Below are positions 31,570 to 42,199 of a stretch of DNA of 64,000 nt, piece by piece. A model generated the notes under the pieces. It did no database searches, had not been told where the DNA came from, and saw nothing but the letters and a program-made list of their open reading frames with translations. Each line of letters starts with the position of its first letter. Position 1 is the stretch's first letter. The translations under genes and the position numbers were made by a program. Origin of the DNA: Naegleria gruberi (taxonomy: Eukaryota); the NCBI GenBank assembly GCA_000004985.1, contig GG738907.1; one strand, given 5' to 3'.

Positions 31570-34188
31570 TATCGTCGTTTCCCTTTCAAATTTTGTACTC
31601 ACATCATTTTGTTAGCATTGGTTACTGCCCAATTGTTCCTTTTTGCAGGTAATAGAGAAGATTACTTATCCAATGCTGGTAAAATTATTGCTAACAATTT
31701 CCTTCCTGAAGGATATCTATCAAGCAAGGATGCAAAGAATGGTTATAATACTTTTTATTTTGATAATTGTGCAGACATTGTTACACATATTGCTTGGACT
31801 GTTGGACAATATTATAGGTTGAAAGACAAGGCACCAACATATTTGGAATTAACAGGAAGAGATGGTCATGGTTCGTATTCTCTAAAACCACACGGAAATA
31901 CACCATTCATGACTGACAGAAAATCTAACAAATTCGGAGTGCAAAAATTATCAATTGGTCCAAGTGATAAACAACAATTACAGAATAGTATTAAGAAGCA
32001 ACTCTACTTGCAGGAGATTTTCGAAAAGAAGAAACTTGGAAGTGAGAGTGATGAGGACACTGCAGAAGTACCTGCAACTTTATCTCATGATGCAATTCCT
32101 AATCCTGTTGAAATGTTAATTTCACGTTATACTAATATGAGTTTACCAATTCAAAATTTCCAAAAGAAGCTTAATAAGGACACTACTAGTGATACCTTCT
32201 TTTTATCAGTCAATGATACATTTGGACCATTTACTCCATTTGTTGACCCAGACCAACCAAAGATTATTTCAGATCAAGAAGATGTCAAAATAATTGATCC
32301 AGAAGGTCTACAAAAGTACATACTCACATTCACAGAAATTACTCTCAAATTTACGTATAAGAATATTTTCACTCAAGGTACATTCCCAGAACTTTTAATT
32401 TGGGATATTGCTCTCAGTTATGATTTTTCAACAGGAGCTGGTGTCATTCCTGTAACTTTGAGATATGATGTTGGATTAGGTCTTGAAAATGAACAAGATT
32501 TTAATGCTGCTAACGTGTTATCCTCACCTCTAACTTGGATTTCAATCCTCATTATTGTCTTTGCTTTATTTTCACTTTTCTTGATATTCCGTGCCATTTA
32601 CAGATCCTTCAGATTTATTAAGAAGGCTATGAAAAAGGACAGAAGCATTTTCCAAATGATGCTTATGGAAAGCACTGACGATATGGATGAAACTGAACAA
32701 AAATCAGTCGATCTTCACAACAGTAGTGTTTTATCTGAAAGTACACCTCTTGTAGGCATTAATAATTCTTCTCCACAAACCAAACCAGTTGCAGTTAAGA
32801 ATGCTAAGAAGAGATTTGATGAAGAAATGAACGAAAGTTATGGAAGTGCTATTAGTGGTATGACTTTCACAAGTCAATACTATCAACATGTACTGGATAA
32901 GCACCAATCTGAATTACATCAATTACAAACACAAAAGGAGGAAGAAGAAGATTTTACACCATCAAAGAAAGTACATTTGCCAGGAATACCATTCAGAATT
33001 GTTACTGGAGAAATTGGAGTCCCAACCCCAGAACATATCATTGCAGCAAAGGCAGAACTCAGTCCTAACTTTACACCAAAACTCAAACACAAACTCAAAT
33101 TCTTCAATCCATGGCACGTACTTGGTATTATTTCAAATCTGTTTTGTATTGTTTCCAGTTGCATGGTTTTCACAAACGTTACCTATCAGTATTTCTCCTT
33201 GGATGCTACTAATATTTTGTTAGGTTTGAGTGCCATTTTCATGTGGGCCAATATTGTTCAATATCTCTCTCACAGTCCAAAGTTCTACGTTTTGATCAAG
33301 TCTTTGAGAAAGGGTCTTCCAAATATTGGTAGATTCATTATTGGTGCTGCACCATTGTTGATTGGTTATGCTCTTTGTGGTATGGTTTTGTTTGGTTCTT
33401 ACACTGAAAGTTTCCAAGGTTTCCAAAATTCTCTTATCACACTCTTCAGTGCTGCAAATGGTGACGCTTTGATTGATACTTTTAACTCATTATTTGGACA
33501 AAACTCAGTTATTGCCTACTTTTCAAGAATTTATCTTGTTACCTTTGTATGCCTCTTCACATACAGTGTTATTAACATCTTTATTCTTATCATGGAAGAC
33601 GCTTACTTTAGTGTTAAGGAAGCAAATATTAAGAAGGAAGCTGCAGAGGCTGCTGCTCAAGCCATCGAAGAATTCAAGAAGGGAGGAAAGGGAGGAGCAG
33701 GTTCTCAAAATCAACAAGGTGGAAATGAAAATGATACTCGTTCAGATTCTATGTTCAATGATGCTGGTTCATGGAAGAAAGGTGGTCAAAACGATGAGGA
33801 TGATGATGTTGAAAGATTACAGGATGAACGTTCCAAGATTGACGTCCTTATTAATTTACTCAGTGAATTGAGATCAGGACAATTATTAGGTGAAGGTGAA
33901 GAGCAAGATCCTCAAAATACTATCCAACAAAAGAATTTGAGTGAAAAACTTACAAGACTCTTGGTTAATAGAAACTTGAAGAAAATTAGAAGAAAGAAGA
34001 GTGACCCTTATATGAAGAGTGCTCTGAGTAGCTCTTTCAAAAAGTTTGAAGTTGGTAGCTTTGGAGAAAAGAAAAAGAAGGAAACTAAATTCAATTTGGA
34101 TCTCAATGAATCAATTGATGATGGCACTCTCATTGAAGTCTATGATGAAGATGATGAGATGGCATCTCCAACTCCTCCAAATCTCTAA
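31570..34188 (+). CDS. mcln: mucolipin (TRPML) cation channel, exon 2 (to stop)
   Basis: Acceptor TTCATAG. The exon encodes the pre-TM1 region, a large first luminal loop, and the TRPML pore/TM6 signature (FSAANGDALIDTF...IYLVTFVCLFTYSVINIFILIMEDAYF). Confidence 0.8.
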   Translation, partial: YRRFPFKFCTHIILLALVTAQLFLFAGNREDYLSNAGKIIANNFLPEGYLSSKDAKNGYNTFYFDNCADIVTHIAWTVGQYYRLKDKAPTYLELTGRDGHGSYSLKPHGNTPFMTDRKSNKFGVQKLSIGPSDKQQLQNSIKKQLYLQEIFEKKKLGSESDEDTAEVPATLSHDAIPNPVEMLISRYTNMSLPIQNFQKKLNKDTTSDTFFLSVNDTFGPFTPFVDPDQPKIISDQEDVKIIDPEGLQKYILTFTEITLKFTYKNIFTQGTFPELLIWDIALSYDFSTGAGVIPVTLRYDVGLGLENEQDFNAANVLSSPLTWISILIIVFALFSLFLIFRAIYRSFRFIKKAMKKDRSIFQMMLMESTDDMDETEQKSVDLHNSSVLSESTPLVGINNSSPQTKPVAVKNAKKRFDEEMNESYGSAISGMTFTSQYYQHVLDKHQSELHQLQTQKEEEEDFTPSKKVHLPGIPFRIVTGEIGVPTPEHIIAAKAELSPNFTPKLKHKLKFFNPWHVLGIISNLFCIVSSCMVFTNVTYQYFSLDATNILLGLSAIFMWANIVQYLSHSPKFYVLIKSLRKGLPNIGRFIIGAAPLLIGYALCGMVLFGSYTESFQGFQNSLITLFSAANGDALIDTFNSLFGQNSVIAYFSRIYLVTFVCLFTYSVINIFILIMEDAYFSVKEANIKKEAAEAAAQAIEEFKKGGKGGAGSQNQQGGNENDTRSDSMFNDAGSWKKGGQNDEDDDVERLQDERSKIDVLINLLSELRSGQLLGEGEEQDPQNTIQQKNLSEKLTRLLVNRNLKKIRRKKSDPYMKSALSSSFKKFEVGSFGEKKKKETKFNLDLNESIDDGTLIEVYDEDDEMASPTPPNL

Positions 34189-34340
34189 ATAATTTATTAT
34201 TAAAATACTTTTCTATTTACACATGTTGGAATACTTGTTTGTAGGTTTTTCCACTCAACTACTACCGAAATATTGTAGGTTGTATTTCTTGTGAAAAGTA
34301 AATCTTAAAATAAAATATAAAAAAATACACTAGATCGAAA

Positions 34341-34497
34341 ATGAGTATTACCCTTGATCGTTTGGACCAACTCCTCTCTGAAACCCCTAAGTCCTCATCT
34401 ACTACAACTAGTACCACAACCTCCACTACTCAAAAAAAGAATAACAAGAATAACAATAACGACAATGGAAAGAAGGAAAAGAAATTCGTAAAGAAGG
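34341..34497 (+). CDS. basic low-complexity (N/K/T-rich) protein, exon 1
   Basis: ATG ORF, then a GTATGT donor at 34498 with the likely acceptor GATGATAG at 34547; the alternative is a short separate ORF. Confidence 0.4.
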
Positions 34498-34547
34498 GTA
34501 TGTTAAAAAATAATAACAATTTATTCTGATCGTGCATATGATGATAG

Positions 34548-35293
34548 ATAATAATACAACACAAAAGAAGCCTTTCAACAAGCAAAACAAAAATAATAAT
34601 AATTACAAAAAGAAGAACCCAGCTCCTGAAGACTTGGTTTTCCAAATTACTGTACCAAAATCTCACGGAAAGAAGGATGATGATAAAACATCGTTCAATT
34701 ACAAACAAAACAAAGTTCAAAAGAATCAAAAGAAAACACAAAATACTAAACCTAAGAAATCAAGAAATTATTCATCCGATGAAGAGGATCACAAAAAGCC
34801 AAAGAAATCAAACAATAACAACAATAACAACAATAATAACAATAATACTGAAAATATTGCGGATATTGTAAGACAAGTCCTCAAGGAAACTCTTTCACAA
34901 CAACCTTCAACACAACAAACTCCAACATATACACCAATTTCTATACCAATCGGTAATCCAGGAGCTTATTGGCCTCAATATCCAGGCAATAATCCTACAA
35001 CAATTGTATTACAAACACCAACACCACAAGTATCAACAAATCAACAATCTGAACCATCAAGAAAGAAAAAGTCTAGACATAGCGATAGTGAGGAATCTGA
35101 TAATGATAGAAGAAATGATAGACGTCAAAATAATAAGAAAAATCCAAGAGATGAAAGACGTATCAATCAATCCAATAATAGAGAACAAAAGCAAGATAAG
35201 AAAGATGATAAGTATAACAAATTTAATGACTTCCGTATTGTGAGTGAAAGAGGAGAACGTAAGGTAACTAAGATCAATAAGACACGTAGATAA
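34548..35293 (+). CDS. basic low-complexity protein with poly-N tract, exon 2
   Basis: Continuous frame with a poly-Asn run and a K/R-rich C-terminus. No recognisable domain. Confidence 0.4.
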
Positions 35294-35461
35294 ATAAGCT
35301 TAATAAAATAACTAAGTTCACCAAGATTCCAAATTTTCTGTTGTGTTTTCTAATAGAACAAGTTTATTTTAAGATTAATCCTCATCAAACAGACAATTTA
35401 CCGCCAAAAAACTACACATTTTTGTACGAAGAAAAATAAACGGTTCCTTAGATTAAAAAAA

Positions 35462-38400
35462 ATGAGTGAAGACGGGGATGTCTTTCATCCCATAGCCGAC
35501 GATAATGGTTATTCGAGGCCTCTTTCATCGGCCAGTGATACATCCTCGGCTCGTCGAACAAAGATGAAGAAACAAAAAGTAGTAAAAAAGATGGATGAAA
35601 ATGGGGAATTAAGATACTACAACCCAAACACTGGAGAGGATGTCACGGAAAAAGTACTTAGACAAAAGAAGAAGAAGAAAACATCCACTGCTGAAAATGT
35701 GGTTGAGACTGAAATGAAGGAAGTACAAAGACCATCAATTACTCCTCCACCAACTGTCAGAAACCATTCCCCTATTCAACCTTCTGTACCAGATCAACCA
35801 ACACATCAGCTAACAACTCAACCAACACAATTAGATGAAACTGAATCGGATTATAAATCACCTGAAGAGGATGAAACAAAAACTGGTCGGAAATATTCCC
35901 CTCCTTCGCATCACTCACAACATTCACAACAGAGTGAAACAAAGGAAGTGCCGAGACACACTATTACTCCTCCACCAACTGTCAGGAACCATTCTACTAT
36001 TCAACCTTCTGTTTCAAATCAGCCAACAGATAAATCAGAAAAATTGGATGAAACTGATTTGGATTATAATCAAGAAGATGAAACCAATAGTGGTAGGAAA
36101 CATTCTCCTCCAGTTGCAGAAGAGAGCCAAGATGACTCAGGAGAGTCCTCAGTTACTGAACCATCTGAAAACGGTTTGGTCAAGGAATCTCCAATGGATG
36201 ATCTCTATAAGGAATCTAATCAACCAGCTGCAGCATTAACTAGTGGAGCAGGTGGATTATCTGCAATCAGTCATAATATTCAAAGCCAGTCAAATAACTT
36301 GTGGTCAATGAGTGGAATTTCGAAACTGTACCGAAGAGGATTGAATTTTGTGAGGACATTCTCTTTTGTTGACCCTCAACAGGTGCCAGACATTAAATCA
36401 ACTAAACATGCGCTTTTTGATTCCAGTAAGAGAAATGATACAGAGAAGATGACAAGGCCGATTTTATCTCTGCACATCAAAGGTGCTGATATGTTGACAT
36501 TGGATGAACATTTAGTTCACCCATCTGTAAAAGTCTCAGTTTGTGATATTACAACTGGTCAATACCTAAGAACAGCAACCCTAAATGATAAATCCACTGA
36601 GGTGGTACTTCCACAAATGACCCTTCCTTTCAATATGAAGAAAACCAAAAGCTTAGTTCCAGTTTGGAATGACATTATGTATTTTGACACGTTATACAAT
36701 CACTTCCTGAAAGATAATGTTGTTTTTATATTTGAGCTAATTGATTTTAGTTTTGAGAAGGGTGAGTACCAGATAGCGTGGGGGTTCCTTCGACCTGTAA
36801 GCACAAGTGGAAGATCAAACTCAGAGAAGAATCTAAGAATAAGACTTTTCAAATATCCTAGAAAGTTACAGCAAATTGACTGGTCAAAATTGTTTTCTAG
36901 ACCTAACCAACAAAACACAGCAACTCAACCAAAAGTACCTACCATTGAAGCTTTTCAACTTTATCAATCAAGAGATAAGGTTAAACTTTATCCATCAACT
37001 CTGTATATAGAAATGAAGGCAATTCAAAGACCTCCAAAGAGAAAAGTCGCCTACCCTAATCGCCCTCAGAAACCTAATGAAATTGAAATAGGACGTCTAA
37101 CATTGACCGAGCTTCTTGAAAGCAACAATGAAGAGGTTGTAAATATTGTTCAGTCTGAAGAAATTAAAGAGAAAAAGAAGGAACAATCCCTGCAAAGGTT
37201 GAAAGTTAAAAGAGAGATTAATGAACCTTGTGAAATACCAACAAAGTTGCTACATCAATTTGACTCTGGTGACAAGGGATGTCTCTGTATGGAATTTTCA
37301 AAATCAGGTCAATACTTAGCTTGTGGATGTCATTCCACTGATGGAATTGGAATTCTCAAGATATTCGATATTTATGAAGGGTCAATTATGGATGTACTCA
37401 ATGCTCACGTAGAGTTGATATACAGTATTGATTGGAACAATGATGATTCTGAATTGATCACCGCCTCATCCGATGGTACAGTGAAAGTATGGAATGTGGA
37501 GTATGACAAGAAGAAGAGCTCAGCAAGAAAGCCAAAATTACTGGCCACCTTTCAACATCCTTCATTTGTTTATTGTGCAAAATTTCATCCAACTTGCAAG
37601 AAGCTGATAATCACTGGAAGTTATGATAAGAGAATTAGAGTTTTCAACAGAGAAACTAATAAGATTGTCAAAGAATTAGAAGGTCATACCTCAAGAATTA
37701 GTAGTGTGTCCTTTGATGTAGCAGGTACAAGAATGTACTCAGCAAGTGGTGATGGTGTTATTAAAATTTGGAGTTGTAGACTTCGAGAAGACTCCTCAGT
37801 TGAGGATATAACTAACTCGTTTGCTTGTATGAGAACAATACAGGATAATGACCTTACCAAATCAGCTGTTACTTGCATTAGATCAGATCCTAAATATTCC
37901 CAGGAAAGAATATTTGTGCATTCACAAGACAACATGCTTAGACGACTTGACACTGGTCTTAAGAACGTTAGAAACAGATATCATGGTGTAAAATGTTTCA
38001 TCAATTCTCAAAAGTCCAACATTAGTCCCGATGGAAAATACCTGATATCAGGCTCAGATATTGGAAAAGTCTATCTGTGGAATGTTGAAACTGAGGAATT
38101 AATATTTAAAGAAGGAAAAGATTATGGTTTTGAAGAATCACCTGTATACGACATTGCTTGGAGCTCTAAAGAACACGTTATTGCATTGTGTTCATTTGAT
38201 GGAAACCAACCAATAAGAGTATATTGTTTTGAAAAACCAGTTGACCAATCAGCAGAAAAAGAAAATCATTCACAAGTGCCAAAAACTTCAATGCCTGGAG
38301 TAGCTATTAAAACAGACAAACCAGAACTAAACAATCCCAACCTTACTGCAACTAATACATCTAACCAAACTGTAAATAGAAATAATTCACTATTCCCTTT

Positions 38401-38512
38401 CTCATTTGGAAGGGCAAAAACTCCAGACCCATTTAAACTCAATCTTCCAACCCCTAATAATAGTTTAGCTAGACCTAAGACATCAATGATTCTTAAAAGT
38501 GCAAAACCATAG
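35462..38512 (+). CDS. WD40-repeat protein with N-terminal tandem repeats and a putative C2-like domain
   Basis: 1016-aa ORF. The C-terminal ~400 aa carries WD40 repeats (ASSDGTVKVWNV, SASGDGVIKIWS, SGSDIGKVYLWN). Two ~55-aa N-terminal repeat units are near-identical at the DNA level. Confidence 0.8.
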   Translation: MSEDGDVFHPIADDNGYSRPLSSASDTSSARRTKMKKQKVVKKMDENGELRYYNPNTGEDVTEKVLRQKKKKKTSTAENVVETEMKEVQRPSITPPPTVRNHSPIQPSVPDQPTHQLTTQPTQLDETESDYKSPEEDETKTGRKYSPPSHHSQHSQQSETKEVPRHTITPPPTVRNHSTIQPSVSNQPTDKSEKLDETDLDYNQEDETNSGRKHSPPVAEESQDDSGESSVTEPSENGLVKESPMDDLYKESNQPAAALTSGAGGLSAISHNIQSQSNNLWSMSGISKLYRRGLNFVRTFSFVDPQQVPDIKSTKHALFDSSKRNDTEKMTRPILSLHIKGADMLTLDEHLVHPSVKVSVCDITTGQYLRTATLNDKSTEVVLPQMTLPFNMKKTKSLVPVWNDIMYFDTLYNHFLKDNVVFIFELIDFSFEKGEYQIAWGFLRPVSTSGRSNSEKNLRIRLFKYPRKLQQIDWSKLFSRPNQQNTATQPKVPTIEAFQLYQSRDKVKLYPSTLYIEMKAIQRPPKRKVAYPNRPQKPNEIEIGRLTLTELLESNNEEVVNIVQSEEIKEKKKEQSLQRLKVKREINEPCEIPTKLLHQFDSGDKGCLCMEFSKSGQYLACGCHSTDGIGILKIFDIYEGSIMDVLNAHVELIYSIDWNNDDSELITASSDGTVKVWNVEYDKKKSSARKPKLLATFQHPSFVYCAKFHPTCKKLIITGSYDKRIRVFNRETNKIVKELEGHTSRISSVSFDVAGTRMYSASGDGVIKIWSCRLREDSSVEDITNSFACMRTIQDNDLTKSAVTCIRSDPKYSQERIFVHSQDNMLRRLDTGLKNVRNRYHGVKCFINSQKSNISPDGKYLISGSDIGKVYLWNVETEELIFKEGKDYGFEESPVYDIAWSSKEHVIALCSFDGNQPIRVYCFEKPVDQSAEKENHSQVPKTSMPGVAIKTDKPELNNPNLTATNTSNQTVNRNNSLFPFSFGRAKTPDPFKLNLPTPNNSLARPKTSMILKSAKP
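35738..36113 (+). repeat. intragenic tandem duplication (two units encoding ITPPPTVRNHS.IQPSV..QPT...LDET..DY..EDET..GRK.SPP)
   Basis: Directly visible DNA-level identity between ATTACTCCTCCACCAACTGTCAGAAACCATTCCCCTATTCAACCTTCTGT and ATTACTCCTCCACCAACTGTCAGGAACCATTCTACTATTCAACCTTCTGT. Confidence 0.7.
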
Positions 38513-38562
38513 TCCACAAATAAATTATTTATTCTCTAGAAATGGATTTAATACTCTCAAAA

Positions 38563-39162
38563 TTATTTAGTTCTTTTAAGGAATCCTTTTGTACAATTTT
38601 CAAAATAATTTACAAAATTATTTAATCCTTCATTTGAACTGTATTTTATCCTAACTTTGGCAGTTCTAGTTTCATTAATTGTAGTTTCTATCAAATAAGT
38701 AATATTATTGGTGCTCTCACAATAATTATAAAATGTAATAGAATTAACATTTACACCAGAAGCAAGTGTATATATATGAAAAGACTCTAATAAATTATCC
38801 AAATCAGACTTGATTTGATCGTTTTCTGCACTTTTGTCCAAAACAGAATATTCCAAAGTAACGTGCATATCTCCGAATTGTTTCCACAATGTTTTGTATT
38901 CCTCTGTAGAATATTCCTTGACATTTTGATTCATTCTAATTTGCGATATTAACTCTATCGATTTTTCTTCATCTTCCGAATGATGAAAAGATTCCCCGTG
39001 TTTTTGTTGATTTGTATAATATAAAGCCTGTGAAGATTCCATAAATTCATCAGTATCAATTTCATCCTTTGGTGATGTGTGTTTACTCCAAGATTTTTCA
39101 CCACCACCATTATTTGTGGCTGATGAATCACCACCAAAACAGCAGCACAACATTCGCTTCAT
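38563..39162 (-). CDS. hypothetical protein with N-terminal Cys cluster (MKRMLCCCFGG, possible palmitoylation)
   Basis: 199-aa ORF with an A-rich start context and no recognisable domain. Confidence 0.45.
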   Translation of the reverse strand: MKRMLCCCFGGDSSATNNGGGEKSWSKHTSPKDEIDTDEFMESSQALYYTNQQKHGESFHHSEDEEKSIELISQIRMNQNVKEYSTEEYKTLWKQFGDMHVTLEYSVLDKSAENDQIKSDLDNLLESFHIYTLASGVNVNSITFYNYCESTNNITYLIETTINETRTAKVRIKYSSNEGLNNFVNYFENCTKGFLKRTK

Positions 39163-39380
39163 TTTTTTTCAATGTATTTGTTATCCGTCACTCAATCTCG
39201 AAGAAAGGAATTAGAAGCAATTACAATGATTATCTTTGATGTAAAATAATGATATATATTGAACTTTTTACTGCATGTAATTGGAATAAGGATAAATTTT
39301 GTAAAATGATTAAGGAAAATTTTTGTAAAATTTATTCACACATGATGGAACATATTGATTCAGGTTGATTGGGTTGTGAA

Positions 39381-40235
39381 CTAGAATGTAATGACAATTA
39401 TTTTAGAATCTCTAACAAATCCATAATTCATTAACCTTTCCTTGTCATCCAACAATCGGCCGAAAGCAACCATTTTAGAGGTGTCTGGAAATGGTCGTTC
39501 AATATTTAATAAATTTCTTAATTCCCCAACCGTGTAAAGCTGGCTCACTTTGTTTGTTTTAAATCTGATTGGTGTTTTTGCTCCATTTCTACTTATTGAA
39601 TCAACTATAATTGAAAATCCACCATCAATATTAACAATTTGATCGAAAGATTGATTATTATCTTTGAGATGTTGAGAGAGGTAACTTCTTAATGAGACTT
39701 GTTCAATATCAATATGAATTTTCTCATACTTGTGAGCATGATCAAGTTCCTTCACTCTTAGACAATCCTTCAAATGGATTTCTTTCAAGTCATGCAACTG
39801 ATTTGTAATGTCCTTCAATAAATTGCTATCCATCATGAAAAATCCGTTCAAATTCAATTCTTTGACTCTCAAAAAACATTTCCCAATATTATTTCTCAAA
39901 CCCTCTCCAATTCTCCTCATCTTTTCAAAATCCAATTTAAGGCTCTCTTTCTTCATCAAATCTGCCTCCGAGGGATCATCCAATCGGAAGTAAAACCTCT
40001 TTTCCATGCCAAAACTAATAGTTCCCTCTTTCTTTATCCTCTCCAGAATTGATTTAAAAAGAGGAGACAAATCAACCACAGAGCAGCCATACATAATTCC
40101 GTGATGAATTAGAGAGGATTCACTCCTCCATTTCATCCACTGTTTTAATATTGTGAGGGTGCAGGTGCAGCCATCACCAAATGGCTCAACAAAGGACAGT
40201 ATATAGGCCCAAACCTCTCTCGGAATTTCCATCAC
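39381..40235 (-). CDS. F-box-like protein with C-terminal ubiquitin-like fold
   Basis: N-terminal F-box-like segment (IPREVWAYILSFV) and a C-terminal UBL-like segment (TVGELRNLLNIERPF...LMNYGFVRDSKIIVI). Confidence 0.5.
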   Translation of the reverse strand: MMEIPREVWAYILSFVEPFGDGCTCTLTILKQWMKWRSESSLIHHGIMYGCSVVDLSPLFKSILERIKKEGTISFGMEKRFYFRLDDPSEADLMKKESLKLDFEKMRRIGEGLRNNIGKCFLRVKELNLNGFFMMDSNLLKDITNQLHDLKEIHLKDCLRVKELDHAHKYEKIHIDIEQVSLRSYLSQHLKDNNQSFDQIVNIDGGFSIIVDSISRNGAKTPIRFKTNKVSQLYTVGELRNLLNIERPFPDTSKMVAFGRLLDDKERLMNYGFVRDSKIIVITF

Positions 40236-40239
40236 ACAA

Positions 40240-41025
40240 TTGATGATTTATTGGATATTTTTTTTTATTGTAAAATTGTTCATCGATTTGAATTATTTCA
40301 AAATCCACAAATTCGTTACAAAGTATTGTTCATTTGAAAAATTGACCAGTTTACAAAAAGAGAACTTTGGAACTAATATTCAAGATTCTTTTAAAATTCA
40401 ATCAAAAAAAATGTTTAAACAACTTGGATCTCTTCTCAGTAGGAAGAGGGTGAGGCTGAACAAATCATCAATAAATTCCCTCTTCCATTTTGATAACTGT
40501 CAACAATCAAAAGGTTTGCCAAATTATCATGATCGGAAATTTTCAACAATTTTCAACAAACAATTTAACAAGGATGAAAATAATACCGAACCTGATTTTT
40601 ATACAACACAAGTTACTAAAGAACAGCTTGTCAAAATAATTGATCTCAAAGTAGTGCTTTCTTCCCCTGCATTTGATAAAACTAGACTTGATCAACTTGA
40701 CCAGAAAATCAAAAAGAATCAAAGAGAATTCCCTGAGAAAGCTCTTCCTTCTGAAATTTTGGGCGAATTGGTGAAAGGTATCATGGACTTTTCCATATTT
40801 ATGTTTGTAAATCGTTCAATGGAACAAGATAAATACGAGCTAATTGAGAATTTAGATGAGATGAAGAGACAGGCCGTTTATTTAATGTTGAAATTCTCAA
40901 CTTTTAATTGTTTATTGATTAAGGGAGTTTATCAAGAGTGGTTTAGTTTTGAAGATTTGAAAAATATGTATCCTCCTGTTTCGCATGGAATAGATATTGA
41001 GGGAAAGGATATTGTAACAATATGA
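40240..41025 (+). CDS. hypothetical protein (possible mitochondrial presequence; real start may be the ATG at 40408)
   Basis: 261-aa ORF. The segment MFKQLGSLLSRKRVRLNKSS behind an AAAAAAAATG looks like a targeting peptide. Confidence 0.4.
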   Translation: MMIYWIFFFIVKLFIDLNYFKIHKFVTKYCSFEKLTSLQKENFGTNIQDSFKIQSKKMFKQLGSLLSRKRVRLNKSSINSLFHFDNCQQSKGLPNYHDRKFSTIFNKQFNKDENNTEPDFYTTQVTKEQLVKIIDLKVVLSSPAFDKTRLDQLDQKIKKNQREFPEKALPSEILGELVKGIMDFSIFMFVNRSMEQDKYELIENLDEMKRQAVYLMLKFSTFNCLLIKGVYQEWFSFEDLKNMYPPVSHGIDIEGKDIVTI

Positions 41026-41220
41026 TCAAGTGAATTATTATTCAGTATTGACTGAACTAATACTGATCGACTTTGTAAATGTCGAACAAGTGACAACAAG
41101 AGAAAAACTCATGTGCATGGTTAGTTTAATCTGTTTGGAAATTCAAAAGAAGGTACAATTACAATATACAACAGATGATTGATACATAGATTTATTGAAT
41201 TGTATCCAGTTGTGAAACAA

Positions 41221-42009
41221 ATGTATTCCACACCATCTGAAGGAGATATCGACAAGTCATGGACAGATATTTTAGAGAGGGTCTATTCTGAGGATGAATT
41301 TGATTGGTACCACGATTTGGAAACAGATCTTCCAATACATTTAGGTGGCATGTATAACATCTTTAAAGAGTTTATTAGAAATTCTCAAGACGGTTCAATG
41401 TTAAGGGTATTAGAAGAAGAGAGTAAGAGAGCTCCTAATAATCCATATATTCCCTATATCAAACTGATCGTCACTAATGACATCTCTTGTACTGATCAAT
41501 GTTTGAATATCTTGGCAAATGCTTACTCTCCTTCAAGAGTGGAAGATTTGAAGCGTATTGAATTGTTCGAAATTTTCAAGAATAAGAAACCACACTTAAG
41601 AATCAAGGATTTCAAATTTTTCCCTCAATTACTGCCCAGAGTTAAATATCAAAGCCGCAATGAAGCTCCTGATATATTGGATTCAACAGTGTTATTAGAT
41701 CAATTGGAGTACTATTCAAGAATACCATCTCATGTTGACCTTATTGTTGTAAAGTTTTTGGTTCATCTCAAAGCTGGACGATTTGAAGAGGCCTTACAAA
41801 ATTATCAATTTCTCTCCTATTTTGAAAAATCATTAACCAATGAATTGTTGTTCCTAACAACTAGGGCTGTTAGAGCAATGCTTATTTTGGGCTATCACAT
41901 TGAGGCTATTGAGCTAGTTGAAAAATTTAAGGATAAGTATGGGGATAAATATCCAGCTTGGGAAAAATTACTGCAAGAACAAAAGAATGTAGTAAATATA
42001 AAGAAATAA
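41221..42009 (+). CDS. hypothetical helical protein (start at the first ATG of the 41179 frame)
   Basis: The open frame 41179..42009 has its first true ATG at 41221. No clean splice to the upstream ORF could be built. Confidence 0.4.
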   Translation: MYSTPSEGDIDKSWTDILERVYSEDEFDWYHDLETDLPIHLGGMYNIFKEFIRNSQDGSMLRVLEEESKRAPNNPYIPYIKLIVTNDISCTDQCLNILANAYSPSRVEDLKRIELFEIFKNKKPHLRIKDFKFFPQLLPRVKYQSRNEAPDILDSTVLLDQLEYYSRIPSHVDLIVVKFLVHLKAGRFEEALQNYQFLSYFEKSLTNELLFLTTRAVRAMLILGYHIEAIELVEKFKDKYGDKYPAWEKLLQEQKNVVNIKK

Positions 42010-42014
42010 AAAAA

Positions 42015-42095
42015 CGTTGAGGATGGGATTCGAACCCACGCGGATTTCTCCACCAACTTAGCAGGCTGGCGCCTTAACCACTCGGCCACCTCAAC
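42015..42095 (-). tRNA. tRNA-Ser(GCU)
   Basis: Reverse complement reads GTTGAGGTGGCCGAGTGGTTAAGGCGCCAGCCTGCTAAGTTGGTGGAGAAATCCGCGTGGGTTCGAATCCCATCCTCAAC. Anticodon loop is CTGCTAA with a long variable arm; a downstream T-run is present. Confidence 0.85.
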
Positions 42096-42199
42096 TTCAC
42101 ATTATCGTGAATTCATTTTTTATGATCCTGATTTTCTTAATTTTGATTCATCAGCAATTATATGACTTGGAGAACAATGTGGAATTTTTAATTAGATAT

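Noticed and set aside
41026-41220. Attempt to splice ORF 40240..41025 to ORF 41179..42009 via the open third frame (LTELILIDFVNVEQVTTREKLMCMVSLICLEIQKK)
   Set aside because: No donor/acceptor pair with compatible phases exists, so they are reported as two separate low-confidence genes. The intervening coding-looking frame remains unexplained.
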